64,000 nucleotides of DNA from a virus. The notes under the pieces were generated by a model that was given only the letters and a program-made list of their open reading frames with translations, was not told where the DNA came from and ran no database searches. A program made the translations under genes and the position numbers. Position 1 is the stretch's first letter. Each line of letters opens with the position of its first letter. This document shows, in pieces, positions 1-10,300 of the stretch. The stretch covers positions 32,001-96,000 of the IMG/VR virus record IMGVR_UViG_3300025684_000014; one strand, given 5' to 3'.

Positions 1-298
1 ATTTTCCTGAAGTTTCAATATCAAGCACTACGGACTTTTTAAGTATTGCATCTGCAGTACCAAGTGCCTTAGGTTCTGTAAGCGAAATTACTGAGCCATC
101 TTTTCCACTTACAGATACATCCACAATAGCATTTTTAGAATTTACCATATTAATTCTAGCAGTGCTATCAGTCATTACTTCTTTGGGATTCAAAGCTACA
201 TAAGTTACATGTGTATCACCTTTTTTATCTAGATAAGTGATAATTACTTTTTGTACTTCTTTAGTATTATTTATATATGCAAAATGTTTATTCCTCAT
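1..298 (-). CDS. Partial CDS running off the window; DEDD 3'-5' exonuclease-like protein
   Basis: Manual translation from ATG at 298: MRNKHFAYINNTKEVQ...KKSVVLDIETSGK. VVLDIETSG matches the ExoI motif of DEDD exonucleases. Confidence 0.55.
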   Translation of the reverse strand, partial: MRNKHFAYINNTKEVQKVIITYLDKKGDTHVTYVALNPKEVMTDSTARINMVNSKNAIVDVSVSGKDGSVISLTEPKALGTADAILKKSVVLDIETSGK

Positions 299-1016
299 CA
301 ATTAAAATCTCATGTTTGGAACCTCCAGCATCTACAGAATATAATGCTTCTCTAAGCATAGAGATTTCTTCTAATACTCTAGACTGGGTTTTGTTATCTT
401 GCATCTTAGCCAACATTTTTGCTTTAGAGTCTCTTGTCTCTACTAAACGTTCAAGCCAACGCTCTCTACGCTTTTCAAGACGATCGATCATATCAATTAC
501 AGGGTGAAGCTTAGTGTTTTCAGCTCGATCGCCGTTTTCATTAAATGCTACTACATCTCGTATTAAAAAATCTCTACCTTCTCCATTTTTATCGCCTTGA
601 GAGAGTACTAATAAGCATCTGTTTTTATATAGATCGATAAGTGCTAACTCGTTCACAATAGACATTTCTACAGGGTTGGTTGGATCTACATCTAAGTATT
701 GAACATAGTCTATTGTTTTCTGTTCAACTAAAGAGCGTTCCATAAGACATTCAAACCCAATAGGATAATCAGAATCATCGCCTGCAATTAACTTACCTTG
801 ATCATCTCTTTCAACGAGTGGACATTTATCAAGAAAAGGGCATTTCTTTGGACCGAAACATAAAATAGGTGCCGAGGCATAGACTCCTGTTTTATAAGCT
901 GTTATACGGCCTTGTACACGTCTTAATTTTTCAGGACTAAGTTTAGCTAAATATTTGTCATAAGCAGTGTCATTTGAAAGCTCTTGAAATAAAGCTAATT
1001 GTTTCTCTTCAGACAT
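288..1016 (-). CDS. Hypothetical phage protein, possibly terminase small subunit
   Basis: 242 aa. KTGVYA followed by C-x5-CP-x4-CP and a C-terminal coiled coil resembles some TerS proteins. Lies next to the sharp composition boundary. Confidence 0.4.
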   Translation of the reverse strand: MSEEKQLALFQELSNDTAYDKYLAKLSPEKLRRVQGRITAYKTGVYASAPILCFGPKKCPFLDKCPLVERDDQGKLIAGDDSDYPIGFECLMERSLVEQKTIDYVQYLDVDPTNPVEMSIVNELALIDLYKNRCLLVLSQGDKNGEGRDFLIRDVVAFNENGDRAENTKLHPVIDMIDRLEKRRERWLERLVETRDSKAKMLAKMQDNKTQSRVLEEISMLREALYSVDAGGSKHEILIDEE

Positions 1017-1349
1017 ATTAAAAATCCTTTTATATATTTAAATATATTATATTAATAAATTTCTATTATATCAATTTAAAAAATTTCAGTAAAAAATTTA
1101 GATTTAAGGATTGGGTAAGAATCTAAAAAGTTTTTTAAACAAGGGGGTAGGGTAAAAAATCCAATAGTGGGAAATGAAAATATAGACTGTTTTTGGGGGT
1201 ATTATATTTTAATGTGGTTTTCAACCCTTAAAGTTGGGAGGCCACCCGGGGTAAAGACTTCCCGGTCCGCGTCGGAGAATTAGTCAATCGGGCGATATGC
1301 CCACATTCTTGTTGTCAGGTTCAAGACGTTAAAACCAAAGGAAGTCGTC

Positions 1350-1964
1350 ATGACTACTATCATCAACACCCTCAATATCCTCTTCGCCCTCATCATCAGC
1401 ACTTCTGTCTTGGCTTGCCCTCCATCACAACAACACCAAAACCTCCCCTCAAACGAGGTAGTAGAAAGTGCAATCATCGACTTCCAAGAAGAGGTCAAAG
1501 CCTTCGAAGTCCTTGGTGATGAATGGGGTCGTTACATGGGGATGATAGAGGAGTTGAACCAACTCCCCATAGTAGACAAAAGAAGAGATAAAGTAACAGA
1601 TCTTTTCATAAAGGTGAATAAGTACACTCTTTTTGGCTACCCAACCCATATCCGCTCCGATAGGAATAGTGCCTTTTATAACGATTTGGTAGCCAAAAAG
1701 TACGGCAGCCAAGTGTCTTTCGGCATTGGTCCGGATGGTTTCATGGGCAAGATTGTACTTGCTCACGAAATCGGTCATAGCTTTGGTTATGGCGAGGCGG
1801 ATGCAGATTATTTTGCCGCGTCTACCGATTACGATATGTGGGATCTAGCAGAGTATTACCTGACTAAAAAAGACCCAACTGATTGGGATTCCTTGGAGAA
1901 GGGCTCCAAGGACTATTTGCCCAATGGCATTAGACTCAGGTTGATGGCGATACCCTTCATGTAG
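1350..1964 (+). CDS. Secreted zinc metallopeptidase-like protein
   Basis: Signal peptide ending SVLA; LAHEIGHSFGYGEADADYFA (HExxH plus downstream E); RBS AAGGAAG. Confidence 0.7.
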   Translation: MTTIINTLNILFALIISTSVLACPPSQQHQNLPSNEVVESAIIDFQEEVKAFEVLGDEWGRYMGMIEELNQLPIVDKRRDKVTDLFIKVNKYTLFGYPTHIRSDRNSAFYNDLVAKKYGSQVSFGIGPDGFMGKIVLAHEIGHSFGYGEADADYFAASTDYDMWDLAEYYLTKKDPTDWDSLEKGSKDYLPNGIRLRLMAIPFM

Positions 1965-1968
1965 TAGT

Positions 1969-2099
1969 AACTCTGGCTCCGGCCCTCTTCGGAGGTGTCT
2001 GGAGCCGAAACTAGACTGACAAGCCCTTAGGGGCTGTCAGGTCAGGTCTTGACAAGCCTGTTTACTAGTCGCGCGGAACGCGCCTGATGAGTCAGAGTT
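1969..2099 (+). ncRNA. Hammerhead ribozyme HH1 (type II topology)
   Basis: C-GAAA (2007-2010), stem III CTAG/CTAG, GTC cleavage triplet (cut after 2070), stem I GCGCG/CGCGC, CTGATGA-G (2084-2091). Flanks AACTCTGG/TCAGAGTT pair. Confidence 0.85.
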
Positions 2100-2159
2100 G
2101 TTTCTACTATCAGCAACCTCGTGTCAGCACAGACATTAAAAGCAGAAAAGGAGCGGCGT

Positions 2160-2669
2160 ATGGCTGCTTTCATCATCAATCTTTTCCAGTTCGCACTGGT
2201 TGTTCTTTTTTCTCTGCCTGTCTTTGGGCAGATGACCGTCTCTGTTGAGACTTCTTACGATGGTATGGCCAATACCACTACAGTTTCTCTCAAGGATGTC
2301 GTCTTGCTCAACATCACAGAGAACCGTGATACTACAGGCATTTGCACTGTCATCTACGCAGAGGGGGATATCCCACCGCATAAGATGGAGGCAATCATGA
2401 GCTTGGAGAACCTGTGCGCAAAATATAACCGCGCGCAAAAGTTGGCTGACGAACTCGCCAAAGAGTTTGGTACGTCTCGTTATCAAGCCCTGAAGGTCGT
2501 CTTAGAGAGCGCCTTTGGGTGGAATGAGCGCTATCAGATCTATCCCACCAAGGGCATTATCTTCGAGGCTAAGAAAATCGCGCGTAAATATCTGCGCTTA
2601 AAGAAGAAGGTTGAGAAAAAGAAAATGAGCAAGCGTCTCATTAGAGATGCACTCGGATCTCGCCGATAA
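2160..2669 (+). CDS. Secreted hypothetical protein
   Basis: ATG 2160 after AAGGAG; signal peptide MAAFIINLFQFALVVLFSLPVFG; basic C-terminus. Confidence 0.7.
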   Translation: MAAFIINLFQFALVVLFSLPVFGQMTVSVETSYDGMANTTTVSLKDVVLLNITENRDTTGICTVIYAEGDIPPHKMEAIMSLENLCAKYNRAQKLADELAKEFGTSRYQALKVVLESAFGWNERYQIYPTKGIIFEAKKIARKYLRLKKKVEKKKMSKRLIRDALGSRR

Positions 2670-2707
2670 CCCTTTGCCTTGAAGAAGGCGTTATAAATAC
2701 TAGCCTC

Positions 2708-2805
2708 GGGGTCGCACTTACCCAAGCGAAACTGGAACTAGTTTAACTAGGTAGAGAATTAGCACACTCTTTTATCCAGTCTAAGGAAGCCTTACTGACG
2801 AGCTT
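2708..2805 (+). ncRNA. Hammerhead ribozyme HH2 (type II topology)
   Basis: AAGC-GAAA (2724-2731), stem III CTGGA/TCCAG, GTC (cut after 2781), stem I TAAGG/CCTTA, CTGACGA-GCTT (2795-2805). Confidence 0.9.
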
Positions 2806-2860
2806 TCATAACCCTTTACTCTTAGCCTCGAGAGTTAAAATATTGCAGGCGGAGATAGCT

Positions 2861-3658
2861 ATGTCTTTCATCATCAACCTCTTCCAGTTCGCCCTCATCA
2901 TCCTTTTCGCACTCTCCGCCTTCGGAGAGGTGGTATGTACCGCCGCTAAGGTGCAGGCCAATGAAGTCTCAATTACTCATGGGTACTACTTGTACCCTGA
3001 GTGCGTTAAGGCGCCAGAACCACCGAAACCTCAACCTAAGGAGGCGAAGCAGGTCATCGACCTCGAAGCCTCAATTAAAGCTTTCCTCAAAGAGGAGTGG
3101 AGGAAGGAGGTTAATTCCACTACCTGGTGGAAAGACCGCGTGGAGGAAAACCCCAAGCGCTTCAAGGAGGTTGAAAAAGCCTTCTTTGCTGTTTGGGGGA
3201 AGTCTCCCCTCGAGCAGCAGAAACTGGCACTCGCACTCTGTCTCGTTGAGACTGGGTGCGGGTTCGGAGAGATGCGCAATTGGCGAGTTCGCGGTAAAAA
3301 GTGGACCCGTCACAAGCGTTTCTTTGAGACGCACAAATTCCTTTCTCGGGCGGGGGCTTGCGGTATCACCCAGGTGGTACCGCAGGTCCTCGGCCTGCGA
3401 TGTGCCGACGCGAACGCCTCTTATCTCGCGGCTTTCAAGCTGCAGAAGAGGTGGCTGGAGGAAAAATGGAATGATGGTATTAAGGGCGGGGCTCGAATCC
3501 ACCTCAAAGACCACAAGGTCTGGCTCACCCCCATCCAGCGTGGCGGCAAGACCACCTACTACCCTTACCGTTACAACGGTGGGGGAAAAAGCGCCTGGAA
3601 TTACGGGCGCAAGTGGAAAGTCGCTTATGATGGGATTGTTCTTATTAAAAAAGAGTGA
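2861..3658 (+). CDS. Secreted lytic transglycosylase (SLT/lysozyme-like)
   Basis: Signal peptide MSFIINLFQFALIILFALSAFG; catalytic LCLVETG, SRAGACGITQV and YNGG motifs. Confidence 0.7.
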   Translation: MSFIINLFQFALIILFALSAFGEVVCTAAKVQANEVSITHGYYLYPECVKAPEPPKPQPKEAKQVIDLEASIKAFLKEEWRKEVNSTTWWKDRVEENPKRFKEVEKAFFAVWGKSPLEQQKLALALCLVETGCGFGEMRNWRVRGKKWTRHKRFFETHKFLSRAGACGITQVVPQVLGLRCADANASYLAAFKLQKRWLEEKWNDGIKGGARIHLKDHKVWLTPIQRGGKTTYYPYRYNGGGKSAWNYGRKWKVAYDGIVLIKKE

Positions 3659-3740
3659 CCCCCATTTTCCCTCGCATACTTTTACCTGAAAGGTAAGGGA
3701 GCGTGAGGGACGACCTAAATAAGTCGTTAAACTGTTTGAA

Positions 3741-3811
3741 AAATCCTAGGGTCTCTTTACCTAGGTCGAAACGCTTTTTTGCGTCGCGGGAAGCCCGCCT
3801 GATGAGTATTT
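3741..3811 (+). ncRNA. Hammerhead ribozyme HH3 (type II topology)
   Basis: C-GAAA (3768-3771), stem III CGC/GCG, GTC (cut after 3785), stem I GCGGG/CCCGC, CTGATGA-G (3799-3806). Confidence 0.88.
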
Positions 3812-4325
3812 ACTATCAGAACTCTTACCATGGTTTTTCTTTATAAGAACTTATCATGGCTAGTTACTAGTACAGAAGTTAATAACAGACGAGGTCTGGC
3901 TTCTTGTGACTGGTACAATTCACACATTCTCTTAGCTAAAACATGCTACAGCTTAGAGTCTTATTGATTGTATGTAAATATTCGTCAACACCCTCCCTCT
4001 GCCAAAAGATTAAATTAACACTGGTTCTGTAACAGAACGAAGCATAGGCAGCGTCACTCGCTAGCCATCCGGGTTTCACGATAAAACAACCCAGGCTCTA
4101 CATACGAGCAAAAAAAAATCGTGGGGTACGCTTCTCCCGTTACATGTAATGGTCCTTAGCCTCCTCTCTGCGCAAGGCAAGACGGCTCCCCAGAACCTAT
4201 TTAATCAGCTTGGACTGTAGTCAGCAGTAATTGACCCGATGGAATGCCTTCCAGGAGGCGCACACAATTTTTTAGAGGACCTGGAATTCCTCTTCTCACT
4301 CACTGGTAAAAGGAGAAATCTTACC

Positions 4326-7300
4326 ATGAGTAATCTTAACAAACCCCGCAAGACGGCGTTTGATCGACTGTCCGCTGAGCAGCAGCTCAACTGGCAGAAG
4401 ATCAGCGTCGCTTGCGAGAACGACGAGGGGTGCACTGCCCCTCTTGCTCGCAAGAGCAAAAAAGTCGTCAAAGTGCCCCGCCCTAAGCGTCGTCAGGCGC
4501 AAAGGGCGGCCAAGCGCGTTGAGCGCCAGAACCGCCTTGAGAGCACCATCAACAACCTCAGCACAACCTCTGAGGGCCCTAGCGCCCTCAAGGCTCTCTT
4601 TGAGGGCCTAATGGTTAGTGTGTTGGTGATCGGAATGGTGATGGGCTTCTTTGCCCTCACCAACGACACCAACACGCAGTCTATCGGCTTCGATAATGGT
4701 GGTGTGTACGCCGTGAACTCTGGGAGCTCCGTGAAGAACGCGGACATCACCAGCCGCCAAGGCGCTGTGAACGCGATTGACACCATCGATCTCGCCCTTG
4801 ACCTCGCTATCAAGCACGCCCCTTCACAGAGCGCTGACCTCGGCGCTTTGGGGCTTCCTCCTCGCAGGAGGAATGACTTTGAGGGTGACGCACCCTTAAA
4901 TCCCATGAAGGGTGATCACCTCCAGAAGTTCTGGAAAAATTATCTGCACGAGCGCGCCATTTTTGAGAGCAAGCAGACCTATGCACGTCGTAAGCGTGCT
5001 TTGATCGCTCGCCTCAAGAGGGCGCAAAAGCAGGCGGCGGCAGCCCACGCCAAGAAGATGAACGCTCACGCGAACATCCTCACCGGCCAGCTCTGCTACC
5101 TCTCGAAGCGCGCCCAAGAGCACAGCGACGAGGATTTGTTGATTCAGGTCAACAAGGCCTTTGAGCTTGCTCAGGCCGCGAAGAGCGAGGAAGAGATCAT
5201 CGACCTGGTCCGTGCTCTCGAGCGTGAGATCAATGGCGACCTCTGGCGCTTTGACAACACCATTTACTTCCAGTACGAGTGTGACGCCCGTCGCTCTGCT
5301 GGTACTTCTGATCAGACGGGCAAAAAGGAGAAAAAGACATTGCGTAAAGCATTTGTCTTTGCAATTAAGCTCATTGCCGCGATGATCATCTTTAAGCTTC
5401 TTCAAGGGTTCTTCCCTGAGGATAGCTTTGGGTTGATCTTCGTTGCTGTGGTCGGCGGGACTGATGTTCCTACCGATTTTGTGGGCGACGATCTTGAGAC
5501 GGTTGCTGAGAAGCTTCAGCCTCACAGCAACCTTGGGCAGGCCCTTGCGTCCATCGAGCGTCGTATGGGGCACTTGCCGATGAGCACCATGACCCTCCTC
5601 CCTGGAGGTGATGGCGCACCAAAGGTCATCTTTAAGACCAACGGGCGCGACAACATCGGCCTTGTGCCCTTCGCTCAGGCGTTTGGTCTCGAGGCTTTGG
5701 GCGAGGACGACGTGCTTCTTATCGAGGCTAATGGCGTTCAGCAGGACGCCATCAACGAGGCTTGCCAGGCGTTCGTCCAAAAGGGCTATCGTCCAGTCGG
5801 TACGCGAATGCTCATTAAGGCGTTCAACGACGATGGGACTAGGGCTCTTGGCGCTGATTATATCGAGGCTATCGACGTCTTCCTTGGCAAAATGGTTGAC
5901 GTCAGGTCTTACTTCAGCCTGGGCAGTGCTCCTGCGCTTAAGACCTTCACCCTCGATGACGACATCTACACCGAGCGCGAGGGCGAGGACGAGGGCCGTA
6001 AGGTCTTGTGGTTCACGGGTAAGGCCAAGCACATTTTTGCCGATCTCGACGGCGTTGAGGGTGGCCTTCCCATCTCCGAGAAGGCAATGGAGGCGATCTT
6101 CGGCTCCAAGAACCCCGGTCAGCCACGCTTGATCGTCAAGCTGTGTGACGGCGTGGCTGCGATGGTCAAGGGTAACTTTGCCCCTATGGCTGTCCGCGCC
6201 TTCTTGCAGGCTGACGGCTCCTGGAAGTTCCTCACCCGTGCTCATTTCGAGAACACCGATGAGGGTAAGGCTGAGTGGCGCAAGGGCTATGACTTCGTCT
6301 TCATCGAGGACGACACGCCCAAGGGCCGTGGGAAAGACCAGCTCAAGACCGAGGATATCAAGCTCTTCGACGCGAATGGTAAGATCTCGGGCTGGCTCAT
6401 CGCTCAGGCCAAGAATGAGCAAGGCAAAAGCTTGGTTTCGTACCAGGTGCTCGCTCTCGTAGCCAAGAGTGCCGGCCTTGATGCAATCGCTGCGCACATG
6501 GAGAGCTTGATCTCTAACAGTGTGCAGAAGAGCGTTGATCAGGTCGAGCGCGATCTTGACAAGCTCGACATCCCTGGTGCTACCGTGAGCGACTTGGAGA
6601 AATTCAAGGAGCTCTTGAGCGCCATCGCACCCGGGTCTGCCCGCCAGACTCGTAAGAACCACCTTGGCTTCGGTGCTGAGGTGTTCACTGGCTACATCCA
6701 CATGAACGTGCTCATTAAGAAGGGCACAATCGTCGTGGGTGATGGCTTCGGCCTCAACAACCGTGCGATGGTCAAGCGCCGCGGCAAGTTTGGTGCAGAG
6801 GATGCTTGCGGCGGTAAGAACCCCATTCTCGACCACCAGCAAACGTGGGTCGGCAAGCTGATCCGCATTGGTGACGTCCAAAAGCTCAGGGAGAGCTTGG
6901 ACAACGGCAAGCCTCTCAGCGACGAAGAGAAGGCTTTTGCTGCTGACTTGTTTGGTGCTGACAAGCTCGATAAGGTCATTTGGATGACCGAGCAGATCAA
7001 GTGGGTTTTGAGCTTCGCTCCTGCGCTCACCCGTGGCTCGATCCTCATGAACGCAGAGGACGTCGCTGACCTTGCGGGTGATGATGACGGGGACCAGCTC
7101 TGGTTCTCGTTCGGAGATGAGCGCATCCTCGAGGTGTTCCGCCTCATCAAAGACCAGGCACAGGGCAATACGCTCTATGCCATTGAGAACAATAAGGGTG
7201 CTCAGCTCCCCTCCGAGACGGGGGCTAGAGACTTTAAAGATCTCTTGACCGCAGAAGGTGACGAGCTTACCGCGCTCTGCCGGTTCATCATGGCTCCTAA

Positions 7301-10300
7301 CAAGGGTCAGGGTCCAGTCGGCTACATGGCCAACATCTGTACCATTCTGATGGCGACCTTCCAAAAGGTTGACAATGGGAATGGCGGGATGGCTTATGAA
7401 AACGATTGGGTTGAGCGCCTTCAAGCCACACTCAACCTCATGCAACAGACGTCAATCGATCTCCAAAAGAGGATCTACTTGACGATCTGCCTCATGAGGT
7501 GGACCAAGGGTGACCTCCGCAAGGAGAAGCTGGACGGTCGTGGTCTTGTGCCTGGGTACGACTTCCCTGGCCTCGCACACGACTTCAACCCGAACGGCTT
7601 CCACCCTGAGAGCTTCAGCTCAGACGAGTACAAGGCAGCCTTGACTCAGGTTGAGATGCCCCACGTCCCAAGCCACTGGGTCTCAGGTGAGAGTTTCCCT
7701 GTTTGCACTGACAACGACAGTCAGTATGCAATCAGGGCGATTGGCTCTTGGTTGATCTGGGAGGTTTTGAGCCTCATTGTCACAGGTAAGCCTGCTGACT
7801 GGGGCGATGTTGCTGATGACGCGAAGGGCGGCCTTGATCCCTGGAGCGTGAGCAGCGAGTTTATCGGTGAGGATGGTCCTGACTTTGAGGCTTTTGCCAA
7901 GAAGTACGCCCTTACCGACGAGCAACATGCTCAGGTTCTCAACGCCTGGCGCAAGAGCCCTTCCGAGCTGTACAGCTGGAAGACGCAAGGCAAGGACGAG
8001 CCATTCGTCCAGAGAGCGCCTGCGGCTCTTGAGCTCAACCATGAGATCGCTATGCGCCTCAAGGAGAGCTACAAGCCCTCTGGCGAGGTGAAGGTTCACT
8101 TCCGCGAGGTTGAGGCCGAGATCAAGCGTCTCTTCTCCACTGACTTTGCTGGACAGGAGTGGCGTGCGCGCAAGTTTGTAGATACCCTCATCGACGGTTT
8201 CTATCTCGAGGCTGCGCTCGCTAACAACAATAAGGCAACCTCAGAGCGATTCCAAAACTCTGAGGAGCGCTCAGGGGTCGAGGCTCTTGGCTATATCCTT
8301 GAGTCGCTTGAGAACAGCTTTACGGCTTCTACAGGGGCTACAAAGGCTGACATCAAGCTGGCTCGTGCTTTTGCGGCTGCTCTCAACCCCCGTGAGCGTC
8401 GCGACAACAAGGCTCGCGAGATCGGTGTCTTCGTGATGCTCATTTCTTGGTGGACGTTAGAGTACGCAAACCAGGAGTGGATCGACCTTATCCAGCGGAA
8501 CATCACTCCTGAGGAGGGGGACAAGACTCCTAAGTACAAGGTCGCGATGGCTAAGTACGGGGTCGACGAGGCAACCGCCAAGAAGATGGTGAATGCCAAG
8601 CACTCAAAGACGATTGCGCCTGAGCTCCTCAAGTTCATCAAGGGACTCGTCAATGAGCACTTCTCGGTTAACGCTGAGAAGATGGAGGCTAAGGCCACCT
8701 GGCTCGTCGATGATGCTCTGAGCGCAGCCGTCAAGGCGATCGAGAACACAGAGATCGTGATGGCTAAGCGTGACGTCCTCAAGGAGGTCAAAGAGGCGAC
8801 CATCCGCTGGACCGACATGCGTGACAGTTGGGACCAGCGTCGTGTTGCTGTTGAGATCCTCCTCGCGGCTACAGGCTGGTTTGAGGCTTCGTGGTTTGAG
8901 GCTATGAAGGACGAGCTCAAGATGATGGCTTCCCAGACTACCAAGACTGTGGGTCAAATCCGTAAAGAGCTCAAAAACGCTGCTCCCGACGCTGACGTCG
9001 CGGCTCTCAAGACTGAGCTCAAGGTTGCATCAAAGGCTTCTTCTGCAAAGAAGTTGCTTGCGATGCTGGCTGATGATAGCCTCGGCTATGTCACTATCCT
9101 CAACGCGCTCTGTAACCCAAAGCAGAATCCTCTTGCGCGTGAGTTTGTCACCACAATGCTCGACAACAGCGGTCCTATCGTGAACGTTGAGCGTGCGTGG
9201 CAACGTGCGGATGATCTCGGCTGTGACAAGTCTGACGTCCGCGACTGGACCTGGGAGCTCGGTGACTGGGTGACTCACAAGGGCAAAGGCACCGACCCCA
9301 ACACGGGGATGCCACGTCAGAACAAGACAGTACTCTACGCGCACTCACGCGTCGAGTGGTCTTTGACTGACACGGCCACTGCACGCTTTACGCGTATTCT
9401 TCTCGAGGGTGGTGTGAGCATTTACAAGCTCACCAAGGTGCCTGCTCAGAGCTTCAAGACCTGGCGTTACTTTGACGCTTTCGTCTATGAGGCAGAGCGT
9501 ACGCCCGATTACTCCCTGGTCCATGGTGTCGGTCACCTCGTCAGCCTTGCTATCCCTACCCAAAAGCAGGCCGACGAAGAGCGTTACCGCCGCATGGCTC
9601 ACCTCGGTCACCTCGAGTGGGCTTGCCAAGCGTGGACTGATGTCGACCCCACGCTTAGCCAGGCAGACGTGCGCTATCACGTTGAGGGTCTCCGTGAGGA
9701 GATTGATCGCGTCGAGGCTCTCAAGGACAACGCCCTCATGGTGAGCTGGGGTCACCTGCTTAGTCCTATTACTTGGGGCATGCAGATCCATAGCTGGGCT
9801 GGCAAGCTGACCAAGAAGGCCATTAACGGTCGTGCTTGGGCTGCACTTGCACAGCTTGGCAAACGCGACCCCGCCTACCACGACCAGCCCAAGGTCAACA
9901 ACCTCGGGGCTGAGATCGTGACCACCGAGCTCAAGGCCCTTAACTCCAATGGCAACCACATGCCATTCAAGCGCAACTTTGGTCCTCGTAACCAAAGCCA
10001 GGCTCTTCAAAGGGCTAAGCGCATGGCGGGCAAGAACGAGGGTGAGCTTGACGACACCACCGACCTTGTGCCCTTCACCTTCGGTGATGACGAGAACACC
10101 CAGCACACTTACGCTGAGTGGCTCGACTTTATCGAGGGTGTAGCCGCCAACGGCACTGGTCCTGCTAGCGCTATGGTCCTGGCAGGCCTCTGGTACGGTG
10201 CTCATGGTGGGCGTATTGCCGCTCTGGATCCCAACGGCTCAATCTTCTCCAAGGAGATTGCTGAGAAGATCCAAAAGCGTCTCTTGCGCTGCCCCGCCTA

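Noticed and set aside
4896-10205. Long minus-strand ORFs (849, 286 and 217 aa) opposite the polymerase
   Set aside because: Shadow ORFs expected from strong codon bias in a GC-rich gene; no RBS or recognisable motifs.
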